Below the pieces are notes generated by a model. That model was not told the DNA's origin. It saw nothing but the letters and a program-made list of their open reading frames with translations, and made no database searches. Positions 9,054 to 18,609 of a stretch of DNA of 60,371 nucleotides are shown here, piece after piece; the first letter of the stretch is position 1; each line of letters opens with the position of its first letter. The position numbers and the translations under genes are program-made. This stretch comes from Polyangiaceae bacterium (GTDB lineage Bacteria > Myxococcota_A > Polyangia > Polyangiales > Polyangiaceae). The DNA lies in assembly GCA_050287085.1 (NCBI GenBank), contig JBNKBE010000030.1, forward strand, positions 1-60,371, in the 5' to 3' direction.

Positions 9054-11426
9054 CTAGTTATGGGCAGGCGCCAGAACTGTGAACTTGGCTTCTGCCGTAG
9101 CACCTGTTCGGGTTTGCACTTGTAGGTGATGACGTCCCGGTCGCAGTGTCCATGGAAGGGTGCGCTGCGGGGGGAATAGGGTCGCCAGGGGCGTGTGGTC
9201 TAGGGTGATGTCCAGGGGGCCATCAGCGCCCGCGATCTCGATGACGAGCTGTTGACGTGTCGCTGCCACCCACGGATGAAACTCGTAGACGGCTCCGTCG
9301 TGCGGTCGCACGATGGCAACCCTCGAAGCCACTTCGATGTCTTGGGGAGGGCAATCAGGACTTGTATCTTCGGGCCACGTCGAGATCTCACCCCAACGTG
9401 ACCAGGCTTTGAATGTCGCAGGCAGCTGCACGCGGACTTCCTCTTTGACATGGGGGCAGTCGGCGCGCGCTCTGCGGCCCGCCGCGTCCACCCAAGTGGG
9501 GGCGTGCCAGGAGTCTTCTGCTTGGGGGGAGGTGCCCAGGGCAAACCATTCGAGTCGCGTTTGCGGACAATGCCTCGTAGCTCTCAGCCCTGAGAGCGCG
9601 CAGACTTCGACCGCCTCGTAGTGGCTGCTCTCCGCTTCGTCTAGACGCAAGGGCAGACCGCGCTTCTGCTGCATCGCGGCTAGCATCAAGTCGTGGAATA
9701 GAGGGCCTGCGCCGGTGATGCCGCTGGCACCGACCATAGGGGTGCCGTCGAAATTGCCGACCCAGACAGCGATGGTCACCTCCGAAGAGAATCCCACTGT
9801 CCAATTGTCCCGATGTCCCTTGGAGGTGCCGGTCTTGGCGGCCACGTCGAAGTCGAAGTGCAGTGGTGAGTGAAGACCAAACGCCGCAGCTCGCGCGTTG
9901 TTGTCGGCAAGAATGTCGGTGAGGAGACGAGCCGTGCTTTCTTCGAGCACTCGACTCGGCGAGCGTTCCACTGGCTGCGCGACGTATTGCAGCGGCAGTA
10001 GGAGTCCGCCGTGCGCGAGCGCTAAGTAGGCGGTCGCCAGTTGCTCCAGGGTTACTTCGCCATCGCCCAACGCGAGCGCCGGACCGTAGTGTTCCGGGGA
10101 GTGCTTCAGCGAAGCAAAACCGGCAGTGCGCAAGCGCTCCAGCACGCGAGGTAGCCCGACGCGTACCGCGGTGAGCACCGCCGGCACATTGTAGGAATTG
10201 CCGAGCGCTTCCCGCAGACGCACAGGGCCGTGAAACTGATGGTCGTAGTTCTGTGGGACGTAGCGTCCAGTCGAGGCCGCGAAGTGCTGCTCGATATCGG
10301 GTAGAACGGTTGCGGCCGTGTACCCGAGCTCTTCCATGGCGGCGGCGTACACGAAAGGCTTGAGGGTTGAACCGGGTTGACGGAGTGCGGTGATCGCGTC
10401 GACCTGGCCTTGCGGGTGTCGAATATAGCTCGGGGAGCCCACGTAGGCGAGCACGCGCCGCGTCGCGTTGTCGACGATGATTGCGGCCGCGCCGTCGCCG
10501 CCGACGTGCTCGAGCCGGCGCGCGTGACGGGCAACCAGCTCCTCTGCGCGCTGCTGCAAGCGTGCATCGAGGGTGGTGTGGACTATGCCCGAATGATGCG
10601 CCGCCGTGCGCCGGACAAGGTGGTGAGCCCCGGGCCATACGGCTATGGCGTGCAGCTTGACGGGCGTGGCGAGCGCGCGTTCGTACGCGTCGCGAGCGAT
10701 CCTGCCGCGGCGCAAGAGGCGCGACAGAATTCGGCCCTTGCGGGCCTCGACGCGCGCAAGATGGTGCCTGGGGTCGTAGTAGCCGGGGCCGCGGGCGATC
10801 CCCACCAGGCTTGCGCTCTGGCTGAGGCTGAGAGCTGCCACCGGCGCGCCGAAGTAGTGCCTAGCGGCCGCCTGGATGCCGACGATGTTCGGACCGAACT
10901 CGACGCGGTTGAGATAGGCGAGCAAGATGTCTTGCTTGGACCAGCGGAGGGAGAGCTTCACGGCCAGGGTGAGCTCTTGTAGTTTACCCCAAAGTGTTCT
11001 TTCTCGTTGAAAGAGGGTACGAGCCACTTGTTGCGTGATGGTGCTCGCCCCGGAAAGCACCCTGCCATGGCTCAGCGCTTGCCAGGCGGCGCGCGCAATG
11101 GCTACCGGATCAATGCCAGGATGCGCGTAGAACCTCTTGTCTTCAGCGGCGATGACAACGGCGGCCACGTACGGTCCCAAGTCCCCTGCCACCAGGGATT
11201 CGTGCAAGCGGAAGTCGTGTGTGCGGACCGTGGCAAGCAGGGCGCCATGGCGATCCACTAAGGTGGCGTGTTCGTCGTGGGGGCTATTCAGCGCTTCTGC
11301 GTTGGGCGTCGATAGCACCAGGGCGATAACCGACGCGCAGAGGATGAGCGAAACGCCCCACGCGACGGCTTTGAGTCTTCGCAACATGGGGCGCACGATG
11401 CGTTGCGCTTGGCGTGCCCTATTCAT
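9054..11426 (-). CDS. pbpC: Penicillin-binding protein 1C
   Basis: Transglycosylase motifs EDKRFY.HPG and GASTITQQ; transpeptidase motifs GSTLKPF (SxxK), SYN and KTGTS; C-terminal BiPBP domain. Overlaps the A2M stop. Confidence 0.93.
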   Translation of the reverse strand: MNRARQAQRIVRPMLRRLKAVAWGVSLILCASVIALVLSTPNAEALNSPHDEHATLVDRHGALLATVRTHDFRLHESLVAGDLGPYVAAVVIAAEDKRFYAHPGIDPVAIARAAWQALSHGRVLSGASTITQQVARTLFQRERTLWGKLQELTLAVKLSLRWSKQDILLAYLNRVEFGPNIVGIQAAARHYFGAPVAALSLSQSASLVGIARGPGYYDPRHHLARVEARKGRILSRLLRRGRIARDAYERALATPVKLHAIAVWPGAHHLVRRTAAHHSGIVHTTLDARLQQRAEELVARHARRLEHVGGDGAAAIIVDNATRRVLAYVGSPSYIRHPQGQVDAITALRQPGSTLKPFVYAAAMEELGYTAATVLPDIEQHFAASTGRYVPQNYDHQFHGPVRLREALGNSYNVPAVLTAVRVGLPRVLERLRTAGFASLKHSPEHYGPALALGDGEVTLEQLATAYLALAHGGLLLPLQYVAQPVERSPSRVLEESTARLLTDILADNNARAAAFGLHSPLHFDFDVAAKTGTSKGHRDNWTVGFSSEVTIAVWVGNFDGTPMVGASGITGAGPLFHDLMLAAMQQKRGLPLRLDEAESSHYEAVEVCALSGLRATRHCPQTRLEWFALGTSPQAEDSWHAPTWVDAAGRRARADCPHVKEEVRVQLPATFKAWSRWGEISTWPEDTSPDCPPQDIEVASRVAIVRPHDGAVYEFHPWVAATRQQLVIEIAGADGPLDITLDHTPLATLFPPQRTLPWTLRPGRHHLQVQTRTGATAEAKFTVLAPAHN

Positions 11427-14400
11427 CTCCGGCCGGGGCGGCGACGCGCAGCACGCTGGCGGCGGTGCGTCCGGCAACTTCGGGCTGGTACATCTCGAAA
11501 GCGCGTGTTGGGGGGGTCACGAATTCGCCGATAGTCGTTGCGCGCGCCAGGTAGCGAAACGAGTGGTAGCCGGCGGACAGCTCGTCGACGAAGAAAAGTG
11601 CGCGATCGTCTCGTAGCTCCTTGTGGTCGGCGCGCGTGGAGGGAAGCTGTGCCGTGCGCATCGACTCGCTGCTGGTGGTCAGGAGGCTGGAGTCAATGGC
11701 CTCGAAGCCTGCCGGAAAAGGACTATCGATGGCCACGTTGCGGCGAGTGATGGGATTGAGGGCCACGACATCGACGGCGACGACGTCGCCCGCAACAATC
11801 GTGTCGCGATCATCTGAGAGAGATGGCGTGGTGTGGATTACTGCGTCTACTCCGTTCATCTTGCGGTAGTAGGTGGCAACGAAGAATCCCGTATCGAGCG
11901 GCGTTGTTGGGGGCGTTTGCCGCGCGTATTGCACTCGCGCCTGGTAGTAGAGGTGACCCTGGCCGATGCTTTGGAAGGCAAGCATCGGAGGCGTTTCGGT
12001 TGCGGCCTCGAGCAACTTGGCCATGGGGATGCTGTGGGTTTCCGCCTCTGTGCTGCGACCTCGTAGTGTGCTGCTGACCAACGCTTGACGATCCAGATAG
12101 ACGTGCGCGTCGAGATTCGGAGTCTGCTTCTCGCGAGCGTGGTAATACGCCTGCAAGGCCAGCAGTGCGAACGCGCTCTCCTGTGTTGAACCAAAAGCCT
12201 CGCCGCGCCTCTGGGCAAGGAGCCCTCGCGCTAGCGGGGTGAGGAGGGCGTGTCCCGAATTGCTCTTGGCCAGGGCGAGCAGCGCCAGCGCGTGGGCTCG
12301 GGTGTCCGAGTGATATATCGCATATCCTCTGTCATAGGCTCGCGGCGCGAGCTCCGCGCGAAGCCCACTCAGCGAAATATTGTCGACCAAACGCCGTTCC
12401 AAGTCCGATTTCGCCTCCGGGCTCGGCGCGACGAGCAGCAAGAGCGCCAGCGCAGAAGGGGGCATTCGCTCCCGCAGTTCATAGAGGCGCTCGAATAGGT
12501 CCGCATCGGCGGCGTTGAGGCGTGTCAGCACGTAGAGGTGGAAGGCATCTTGAATCAAGACTTCCGGCGGCGATGGTTCGAGCGTACCGGTCGTTGAGTA
12601 AGCGGCGGCCAGCGACTGAGTGATATGCCGCCGCACGTACTGCCCCGCCGATGTCAGTGTCTGTTCTTCAACGGGATAGCCTTGCTCGTGCGCATGCGAG
12701 AGCATGAGCGCGGCGTATGCGCTGGTCCAGGGCTGACTTGCTCCTGCTTCCCACGTGCTGAACCCGCCGTCGCTGTTTTGTCTGCGCAGCAGCTGTCCTA
12801 GCCACCGGGCCGCCAAGGTTTTGCTGTTCTTGGGAGGCTTGAAGCCGTAGGCGGTAGCTAGGTCGGCGAGCGGAATGAGTGGGAACAGGCGGCTCGTCAG
12901 CTGCTCGGAGCAGAGGTAGGGATAGTCCACCAAGGCGGTCATGGCCCCGTCGAGTCCGACCAAGGCGGAACTCGATAGACTGACTTCTAGACGTCCGGCG
13001 TCCGGGCGCACCTTGCTCAGCAACGCAAGGGCCTGGACATCCACGGTTTCCGTTTCGCCGTAGACGGCCACCGTCTCCAGCTGCATTGGGCTCGAAACGG
13101 GGCGACTAACGGTAACTCGGTCGTGTTCACTTCCGGCGGTGGCATCGAATGTGAATCGAGCCGTGCCCACTTCTTTGGCCACGAACTCGAAACGAACTTC
13201 CCGAGAGCCGTGAGCAGGGAGTGAAACCGTCGCCTGCTGTTTTCCGATCTGGTGGACTCCGGTGCTCGTTCCTTTGACGAGAACCGTCGCGTCCCGCGTC
13301 GAGTGATTGTCGATGATGACCCCGGCCGAGAAATGGTCGCCCGCGCGTAGCAAGCGAGGTAGTGCCGGCCGGGCCATCAACGGTGCGTTGACTACGATGC
13401 GTGTCGATTGGGTCCCGTAGCGATCGCTCTGAGCCACGCCGACGGCCATGATGCGAAAGCTTGTCAGATTGTCGGGCAGTTGGAATTGCACCTGGGCATG
13501 ACCGCGGGCGTCCGTAACCACGCTTGGCGCAAAAAAGGCCGTCTGTTTGAAGTTGCTTCGCGCGTCGCCCCCACCGCCACCCCCTTCATCGCCCTTGCTT
13601 GCGCCACTTGCGGGGTCTGGTTCATAGAGTCGCCCCGGGTTTGCGCGAGATTCCAGCGTGTCGACCCGGAGGGGACGCTGAGCTGTGAAGACTGGCAGCG
13701 GGTCGGGAGCGCTGTAGCCCGTGAGGGCCAAGGCGCCTTCGTCGACCACGTATACGGTGAGTTCTGCTGGGGTGGCACGTCCCGCGACGTCCCGCACGTC
13801 GAACTCGACCGTTGCGTGCTCTCCGGGGCGATAGGTCTGCTTGTTGGGCGAGATCGCGATGTTCAGTCGGCGCTGCTCGGCATCGACTCGCACGTTCGTA
13901 TAGCCGATGCGGTATTGCTGAGGCAGCGCGTCTTGATGTTCATCAAGGCTCAGCAAGTGTACCGAGACGTAGGCGTTGGGACGCACGGCGCTGGTGATGG
14001 GAACCTGGACGGTCGGGGCTCCCCCCTGCAGCTCGACCACCTGATGCCAGAGCACAGATTCGCGCTCGAGGGTTACCAGCGCGCGCGCGCGCTTGAACGG
14101 CGACTTGACGAGGATGGTGGCCGTTTCACCCTGCTGATAGGTCGCTTTGTCCGCAACGAGCTCCACGACGCTGTGCGTATCGTCGTCTGCGAAGCTTTGA
14201 GGCCCCTGGCCGACTGCGTAGAATAGTCGGGACGCCGCGACTGTATGACCGTGTGAATCCCGACTGGTGGCTCGCAGAACGTAGCTTCCGCTTTGGGCAA
14301 TCGGAAGTGGGCAAGTGCGCGTGGCGCCGGCGAGCGCCACTGTGCAACGGCCCACGACGTCGTCGACGGCAATTCGTTCCGTACTCGTTTGACCGCCGTC

Positions 14401-17019
14401 GTTGCGCTTGGCCCACGTGTAGCGGCGGCGCGTCAGGGTCAGCTCGGCCTGTCCGCTCTGAACTGGAACGCCGCGAGGCGTAACGGCAATGACGTCAGGT
14501 GTCAGTGTCGTGGGTGCGACCACGAAGCCATCGGCACTGGCCCGCACGCCCAAGTAGAAGTCGGCGGGATGCACGACGGCGGCGGCGCTTGCGAATAGCG
14601 TCTGTCGCGACACATCGCTGACGCCGACCTCTGCGGTCAGGTATTCCGGGCCGCGCATATCCTCGAGCTGCGCCGTATGCGTCAATTCGAGCTGTCCGTG
14701 GGCGTCGAGTGGGGCTTTGCCCGCCGCGACGATATCGCCATGGTGGTCATGGTAGTAGTCGAAGCTTGCGTGATCGGTCGTCTCGAAGCTCGCGTCGATG
14801 GGCGGCCGGAAGTGCGCCGTATCGCGTCGTAGTGTAAAGCTGGCAGTGGCTCCATTCATCGGTCCGCCGAAGAGGTAGCGTCCGCCCGCTTGTGCTGCCC
14901 ATTGGCTTCCATTGGTCAGCTCTGGCGTGCGCGCCTTCACGCTGACCTCGAATTCGGAAGGACGGTACTCGGCGACTTGGAACTGGGCCGCTCCATGGCC
15001 GGGGCGGACTTCGGCGAGCTCTACGCGGTAGTGGCCGAGCCGTGCGCCGGATCCGAGAGGCACCTGGATCGCGAATGTGCCGAACTCGGTGCTGCTAACC
15101 CGACGTTCGATCACCCGCTTTCCGCTGCTGTCTAGGACGCGCACGGTGAGCAGCTTCTGCGAGACGGCCACACTGCCTTCGCTCGCGGGAGTTCTGACGA
15201 TACCCTTGATCCAGACCTTGTCGCCGGGGCGATAGATGCCGCGTTCCGTAAACACGAGCGCCGTTAGGTCATTGGTGGGGGGGGCTAGGGCCGAGCTATT
15301 GTAGTCGCGTTCGACGTCGAAGTACCAAGTGGGCACTGCCTCGTCGAGCGCGATGAAGGTCCAATCCGAGCCCTGTTGGACGACGAGCCGCGCCTTCTCG
15401 CGTTCTTCGAGGGTGTCACCGAGGCCCGAGAGCGGGATGCGCGCGGCGCCCGCTCGGTCGGTGTGTGTGTCGTACGTCTGGCGTGTGCCCGTCCACGCCG
15501 ACACTCGAGCATCGCTCAGGGCTTTGTTGTCCTCGAGAGACGAAAGCCAGAGCCACACGCCTTCGTTCGTGACTTTGGCTGTGATCCCGAGCCGTGTGCT
15601 GCGGAGCAACGCGTGTTGACTTTCGACGTTGGCTTCCCGGCCTGAGCCGAGGACGTCGCGGCGCTTGTCAAACTCGGCGGCGACGAGCAGCGGACCGGTG
15701 CCATCTTCCAGGAGCGACGCCGGCTCCCAATGATGGCCGATGGATGTATTGAGCTGAGACTGCGTGAATTGTACCCGGTTAACTTCCGGCAACGCGAGCA
15801 GCTTAGCGATTCCGTCGGGGGCGTAGAGCCCGGCGAGCTGTTCGGGTTTCAAAGCCAGCGCCGCGACGTCGAAGCGGCGAATATTGAGGCTGGAGAGCGC
15901 GATGGCACGCAGTTCTCCCGGGCGCAAGACGCCGCTGTCGGCGCCCAAGAATAGCCGCGGGCTGAAGTCGTCGACGGAGATGGTTGCTACGTGTCCTGCC
16001 GGTACGACTTCGCCGTCCGCGTCTCGCAGTCCGGGAGCGAGTGCAATGGAATACTGCGTACGCGGTTGGAAGTTGCCGTAGAGGTAGAGATCCTGGGTTG
16101 GGTATCCGTCGTCTGTGGGTAGATCGAGGTGAACAGGAGGGGTTATGCGAAGATGCCGGCTCCACTGCACAGAATTGATGCGCTCCGTCGACAATAAGCT
16201 CAAGACGCCTGTTGGGTAATCGCCGTCCAACGTGGCCGAAACCCGTGCACGATCGCGCACCTGCCACCGCACTTCATAGCGCTCTTGACTGGCGTTGGGT
16301 CCGTCCGGATTTCGTACCCCTGGGCTGAGCGACAAGACCACGCTGGCACCGAGCGGCAGGGGGCCACCGAGCTGGAGGTCGAAGCTTGCGTCTGTATTGG
16401 GCCGTGGCCTGAGTTCGCGGCGAGGCCAGCTCGCGCCGTTGACCTGCAGGTCGAGTGCGTCGCGCAGCGTGTCTACGTCGATCTTTTGATCGAAGTTCAG
16501 GTACAGCGTTGGGTAGCGGGTGAGCGTGCGGCCATGGTCAGGATAGCTGCGCTCGAGGCGCGGAGGCGGAGTTTCGAACGAGAAGTGCAGGTCCTGACCC
16601 AGCGTGCTTCCGTCCGCTGCGGCGAGCGTCCCCGATAGCGTAACCTCGAAGTGCTGAGCTGGAGGAAAATGACCCGCCGTTGGGACGTATTGGACCGCAT
16701 GACGGCCGAGCCATTGAAGGCGTCCACCTGGATCCGGCGTAAGCGTGATCGGCAATGACGGTGGCTCGTCCGCAACGTCAAGTGGGGCGAGCGAGCGGTT
16801 GAACACGATCGTGAGCGGCAGAGTGCCGCGTGTTTCGCCCTCCGGGGTGACGCTGACGACGCCAAACGGCGCCTCAGCGGCCTTGGGTTCGCTGGGGAGC
16901 GCGAAGGAATGGGTCGCCCAGGGACCGTCGGGCAGGGTCGTTTCTTTGGGTTGGCTATTGGGCGCGCACGCCGCCAGTAGTACCGTGAGCACACACCAGA
17001 AGAGCCCTGCTCGCATCAT
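11419..17019 (-). CDS. Bacterial alpha-2-macroglobulin lipoprotein
   Basis: Lipobox LAAC; FTERGIYRPGD, EYRPSEFEV, LPDNLTSFR, thioester motif YPYLCSEQ, STQES and FEMYQPE. Confidence 0.95.
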   Translation of the reverse strand: MMRAGLFWCVLTVLLAACAPNSQPKETTLPDGPWATHSFALPSEPKAAEAPFGVVSVTPEGETRGTLPLTIVFNRSLAPLDVADEPPSLPITLTPDPGGRLQWLGRHAVQYVPTAGHFPPAQHFEVTLSGTLAAADGSTLGQDLHFSFETPPPRLERSYPDHGRTLTRYPTLYLNFDQKIDVDTLRDALDLQVNGASWPRRELRPRPNTDASFDLQLGGPLPLGASVVLSLSPGVRNPDGPNASQERYEVRWQVRDRARVSATLDGDYPTGVLSLLSTERINSVQWSRHLRITPPVHLDLPTDDGYPTQDLYLYGNFQPRTQYSIALAPGLRDADGEVVPAGHVATISVDDFSPRLFLGADSGVLRPGELRAIALSSLNIRRFDVAALALKPEQLAGLYAPDGIAKLLALPEVNRVQFTQSQLNTSIGHHWEPASLLEDGTGPLLVAAEFDKRRDVLGSGREANVESQHALLRSTRLGITAKVTNEGVWLWLSSLEDNKALSDARVSAWTGTRQTYDTHTDRAGAARIPLSGLGDTLEEREKARLVVQQGSDWTFIALDEAVPTWYFDVERDYNSSALAPPTNDLTALVFTERGIYRPGDKVWIKGIVRTPASEGSVAVSQKLLTVRVLDSSGKRVIERRVSSTEFGTFAIQVPLGSGARLGHYRVELAEVRPGHGAAQFQVAEYRPSEFEVSVKARTPELTNGSQWAAQAGGRYLFGGPMNGATASFTLRRDTAHFRPPIDASFETTDHASFDYYHDHHGDIVAAGKAPLDAHGQLELTHTAQLEDMRGPEYLTAEVGVSDVSRQTLFASAAAVVHPADFYLGVRASADGFVVAPTTLTPDVIAVTPRGVPVQSGQAELTLTRRRYTWAKRNDGGQTSTERIAVDDVVGRCTVALAGATRTCPLPIAQSGSYVLRATSRDSHGHTVAASRLFYAVGQGPQSFADDDTHSVVELVADKATYQQGETATILVKSPFKRARALVTLERESVLWHQVVELQGGAPTVQVPITSAVRPNAYVSVHLLSLDEHQDALPQQYRIGYTNVRVDAEQRRLNIAISPNKQTYRPGEHATVEFDVRDVAGRATPAELTVYVVDEGALALTGYSAPDPLPVFTAQRPLRVDTLESRANPGRLYEPDPASGASKGDEGGGGGGDARSNFKQTAFFAPSVVTDARGHAQVQFQLPDNLTSFRIMAVGVAQSDRYGTQSTRIVVNAPLMARPALPRLLRAGDHFSAGVIIDNHSTRDATVLVKGTSTGVHQIGKQQATVSLPAHGSREVRFEFVAKEVGTARFTFDATAGSEHDRVTVSRPVSSPMQLETVAVYGETETVDVQALALLSKVRPDAGRLEVSLSSSALVGLDGAMTALVDYPYLCSEQLTSRLFPLIPLADLATAYGFKPPKNSKTLAARWLGQLLRRQNSDGGFSTWEAGASQPWTSAYAALMLSHAHEQGYPVEEQTLTSAGQYVRRHITQSLAAAYSTTGTLEPSPPEVLIQDAFHLYVLTRLNAADADLFERLYELRERMPPSALALLLLVAPSPEAKSDLERRLVDNISLSGLRAELAPRAYDRGYAIYHSDTRAHALALLALAKSNSGHALLTPLARGLLAQRRGEAFGSTQESAFALLALQAYYHAREKQTPNLDAHVYLDRQALVSSTLRGRSTEAETHSIPMAKLLEAATETPPMLAFQSIGQGHLYYQARVQYARQTPPTTPLDTGFFVATYYRKMNGVDAVIHTTPSLSDDRDTIVAGDVVAVDVVALNPITRRNVAIDSPFPAGFEAIDSSLLTTSSESMRTAQLPSTRADHKELRDDRALFFVDELSAGYHSFRYLARATTIGEFVTPPTRAFEMYQPEVAGRTAASVLRVAAPAGDE

Positions 17020-17328
17020 GGCGGCGAAAGTACCAGCGACGCTCGTGCCGCTTCATGAGAAATCGTCCGAACGGAGGTGGATTGGCGGCCCCCCGTGCAT
17101 TGTCGATGTCCCTGGCGGGCACGCTGACGCAAATGTGAACGACGCCATCCGAGTGTCTTCCGCCCTCTGCTGGGGTGTGCGATGGTGGACGGCGACGGTC
17201 TGACGCCCTTTTTCTTTGATGTGTAGGAAGCCAGAACGAAGCCTCGAACCAAGCATAGAGTGTCGCCGGATGGACCAATTCATCTCAAATGCTGCGGGTA
17301 GCCGCGGGTCGTTCCAGGAGGGGCGAAC

Positions 17329-18609
17329 GTGAGCGTTACATTGCAGCTGGTGCTGCTGGTGGTCTTCGCCTTCTTCGCGGGGCACGTGGTCCATCGCTAC
17401 GCCTCGCGTTATGCGAAGCTTTCGGGGGTCGAGTATTTGCTGATCGGCGCCCTGGTTGGCCCCCAGTTGCCACCGCGCTTGTTGACCAGCGCGTCTTTGG
17501 GGCAGCTGGCTCCTTTGATCTCGCTTCTCCTCGGCTTGGCTGGCTTTCTGGTGGGTCTGGAGACGCGGGTGCGCGCGAGAGTTGGCTCATACAGTATCGC
17601 GGCCTTCTTGATTGGAGCGCTCTCCCTTTCGGCGCTGACGGTGTGTTTTAGCGCGATGGCGCAGATGCTGCTGGGGGGGACGAGTCAAGCGCTGTACAGC
17701 ACACCCGCTTTCGAGTGGGCGGGGTATCGGTATTGGCTTCACATCGAAGAGCGGCCCCTCGAGGTTGGGGTCGTGCTGGCGGCCGCAGCCATCGTGACGT
17801 TCTCCAGCACCTTGGCGGAAGTCCCCAGCCACGGCTTCGCTCGGCGTGCCCCGGTGTTTTCGTTCCTTTGCGCGGTGGCATGGTGGGGACAGGTTTGGGC
17901 CGTCGTCAGCGTGGGTTGTGTCTTGGCGTTGACGCATGAGGTGCTCGTCACGCCCTGGTGGGTGGTCGAGCCGCTATCGTGGCTCGGAGGCTCATTGGCG
18001 CTCGGTGTGGTGTTTGGCGTTCTGTTCACGCTCTTCGTCAGTGGGGAAAGGTCGACCAACCGCATCTTTCTTGCGACCGTGGGCACGGTTACCATCGGCG
18101 CGGGTATCGGTGCGGCCTTGGGGGTGAGCGCGATGTTTGTCAATCTCATCTGCGGAGCCACGGTGGCGCTAATATCCAAGCGGCGCTTGCGCCTACAAGA
18201 AGAGTTAAGGCGACTGCGGCAGCCCATCTATGTGATGCTTCTCATCTTGGTAGGTGCGCTGTGGTCCCCTCCTGAAGACAGTTGGATTTGGCTCTTGCCA
18301 TTCGGGTATGTCGCCTGTCGTTGGTTGGTACGGCGCAGCGTTCCTAGTCTTGTGATGCGAGTGCTTACGCCGCTACGGGTTGATCGGGTGGGGCAAGGGT
18401 TGATCGCCCAGGGCACGCTCGCCGTGGCCGTTGCTGCAGACTATTCCATCCTGGCGCCGCAAGATGGGTCGCTCGTATTGACGACGGTGTTGGTGGGTAC
18501 CTTGGTATTCGACATGTTTTCTGCGCGCTCGCTCAGTCGTCTGTTGATCGACGAGGCGGCCGAGCACAGCGAGGTGTCGCAATTCCAAGGGGTGGAGGTG
18601 GGGTCGTGA
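17329..18609 (+). CDS. Polytopic membrane protein, cation:proton antiporter-like
   Basis: About 12 hydrophobic segments; YLLIGALVGP, GFLVGLE and GLIAQGTLAVA resemble CPA motifs; GGAGGG RBS. Confidence 0.65.
   Translation: MSVTLQLVLLVVFAFFAGHVVHRYASRYAKLSGVEYLLIGALVGPQLPPRLLTSASLGQLAPLISLLLGLAGFLVGLETRVRARVGSYSIAAFLIGALSLSALTVCFSAMAQMLLGGTSQALYSTPAFEWAGYRYWLHIEERPLEVGVVLAAAAIVTFSSTLAEVPSHGFARRAPVFSFLCAVAWWGQVWAVVSVGCVLALTHEVLVTPWWVVEPLSWLGGSLALGVVFGVLFTLFVSGERSTNRIFLATVGTVTIGAGIGAALGVSAMFVNLICGATVALISKRRLRLQEELRRLRQPIYVMLLILVGALWSPPEDSWIWLLPFGYVACRWLVRRSVPSLVMRVLTPLRVDRVGQGLIAQGTLAVAVAADYSILAPQDGSLVLTTVLVGTLVFDMFSARSLSRLLIDEAAEHSEVSQFQGVEVGS

Noticed and set aside
9054..17019. Alpha-2-macroglobulin and PBP1C pair as a novel system
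   Set aside because: This pairing is well established (yfhM-pbpC type), and the CxEQ thioester motif is ordinary.
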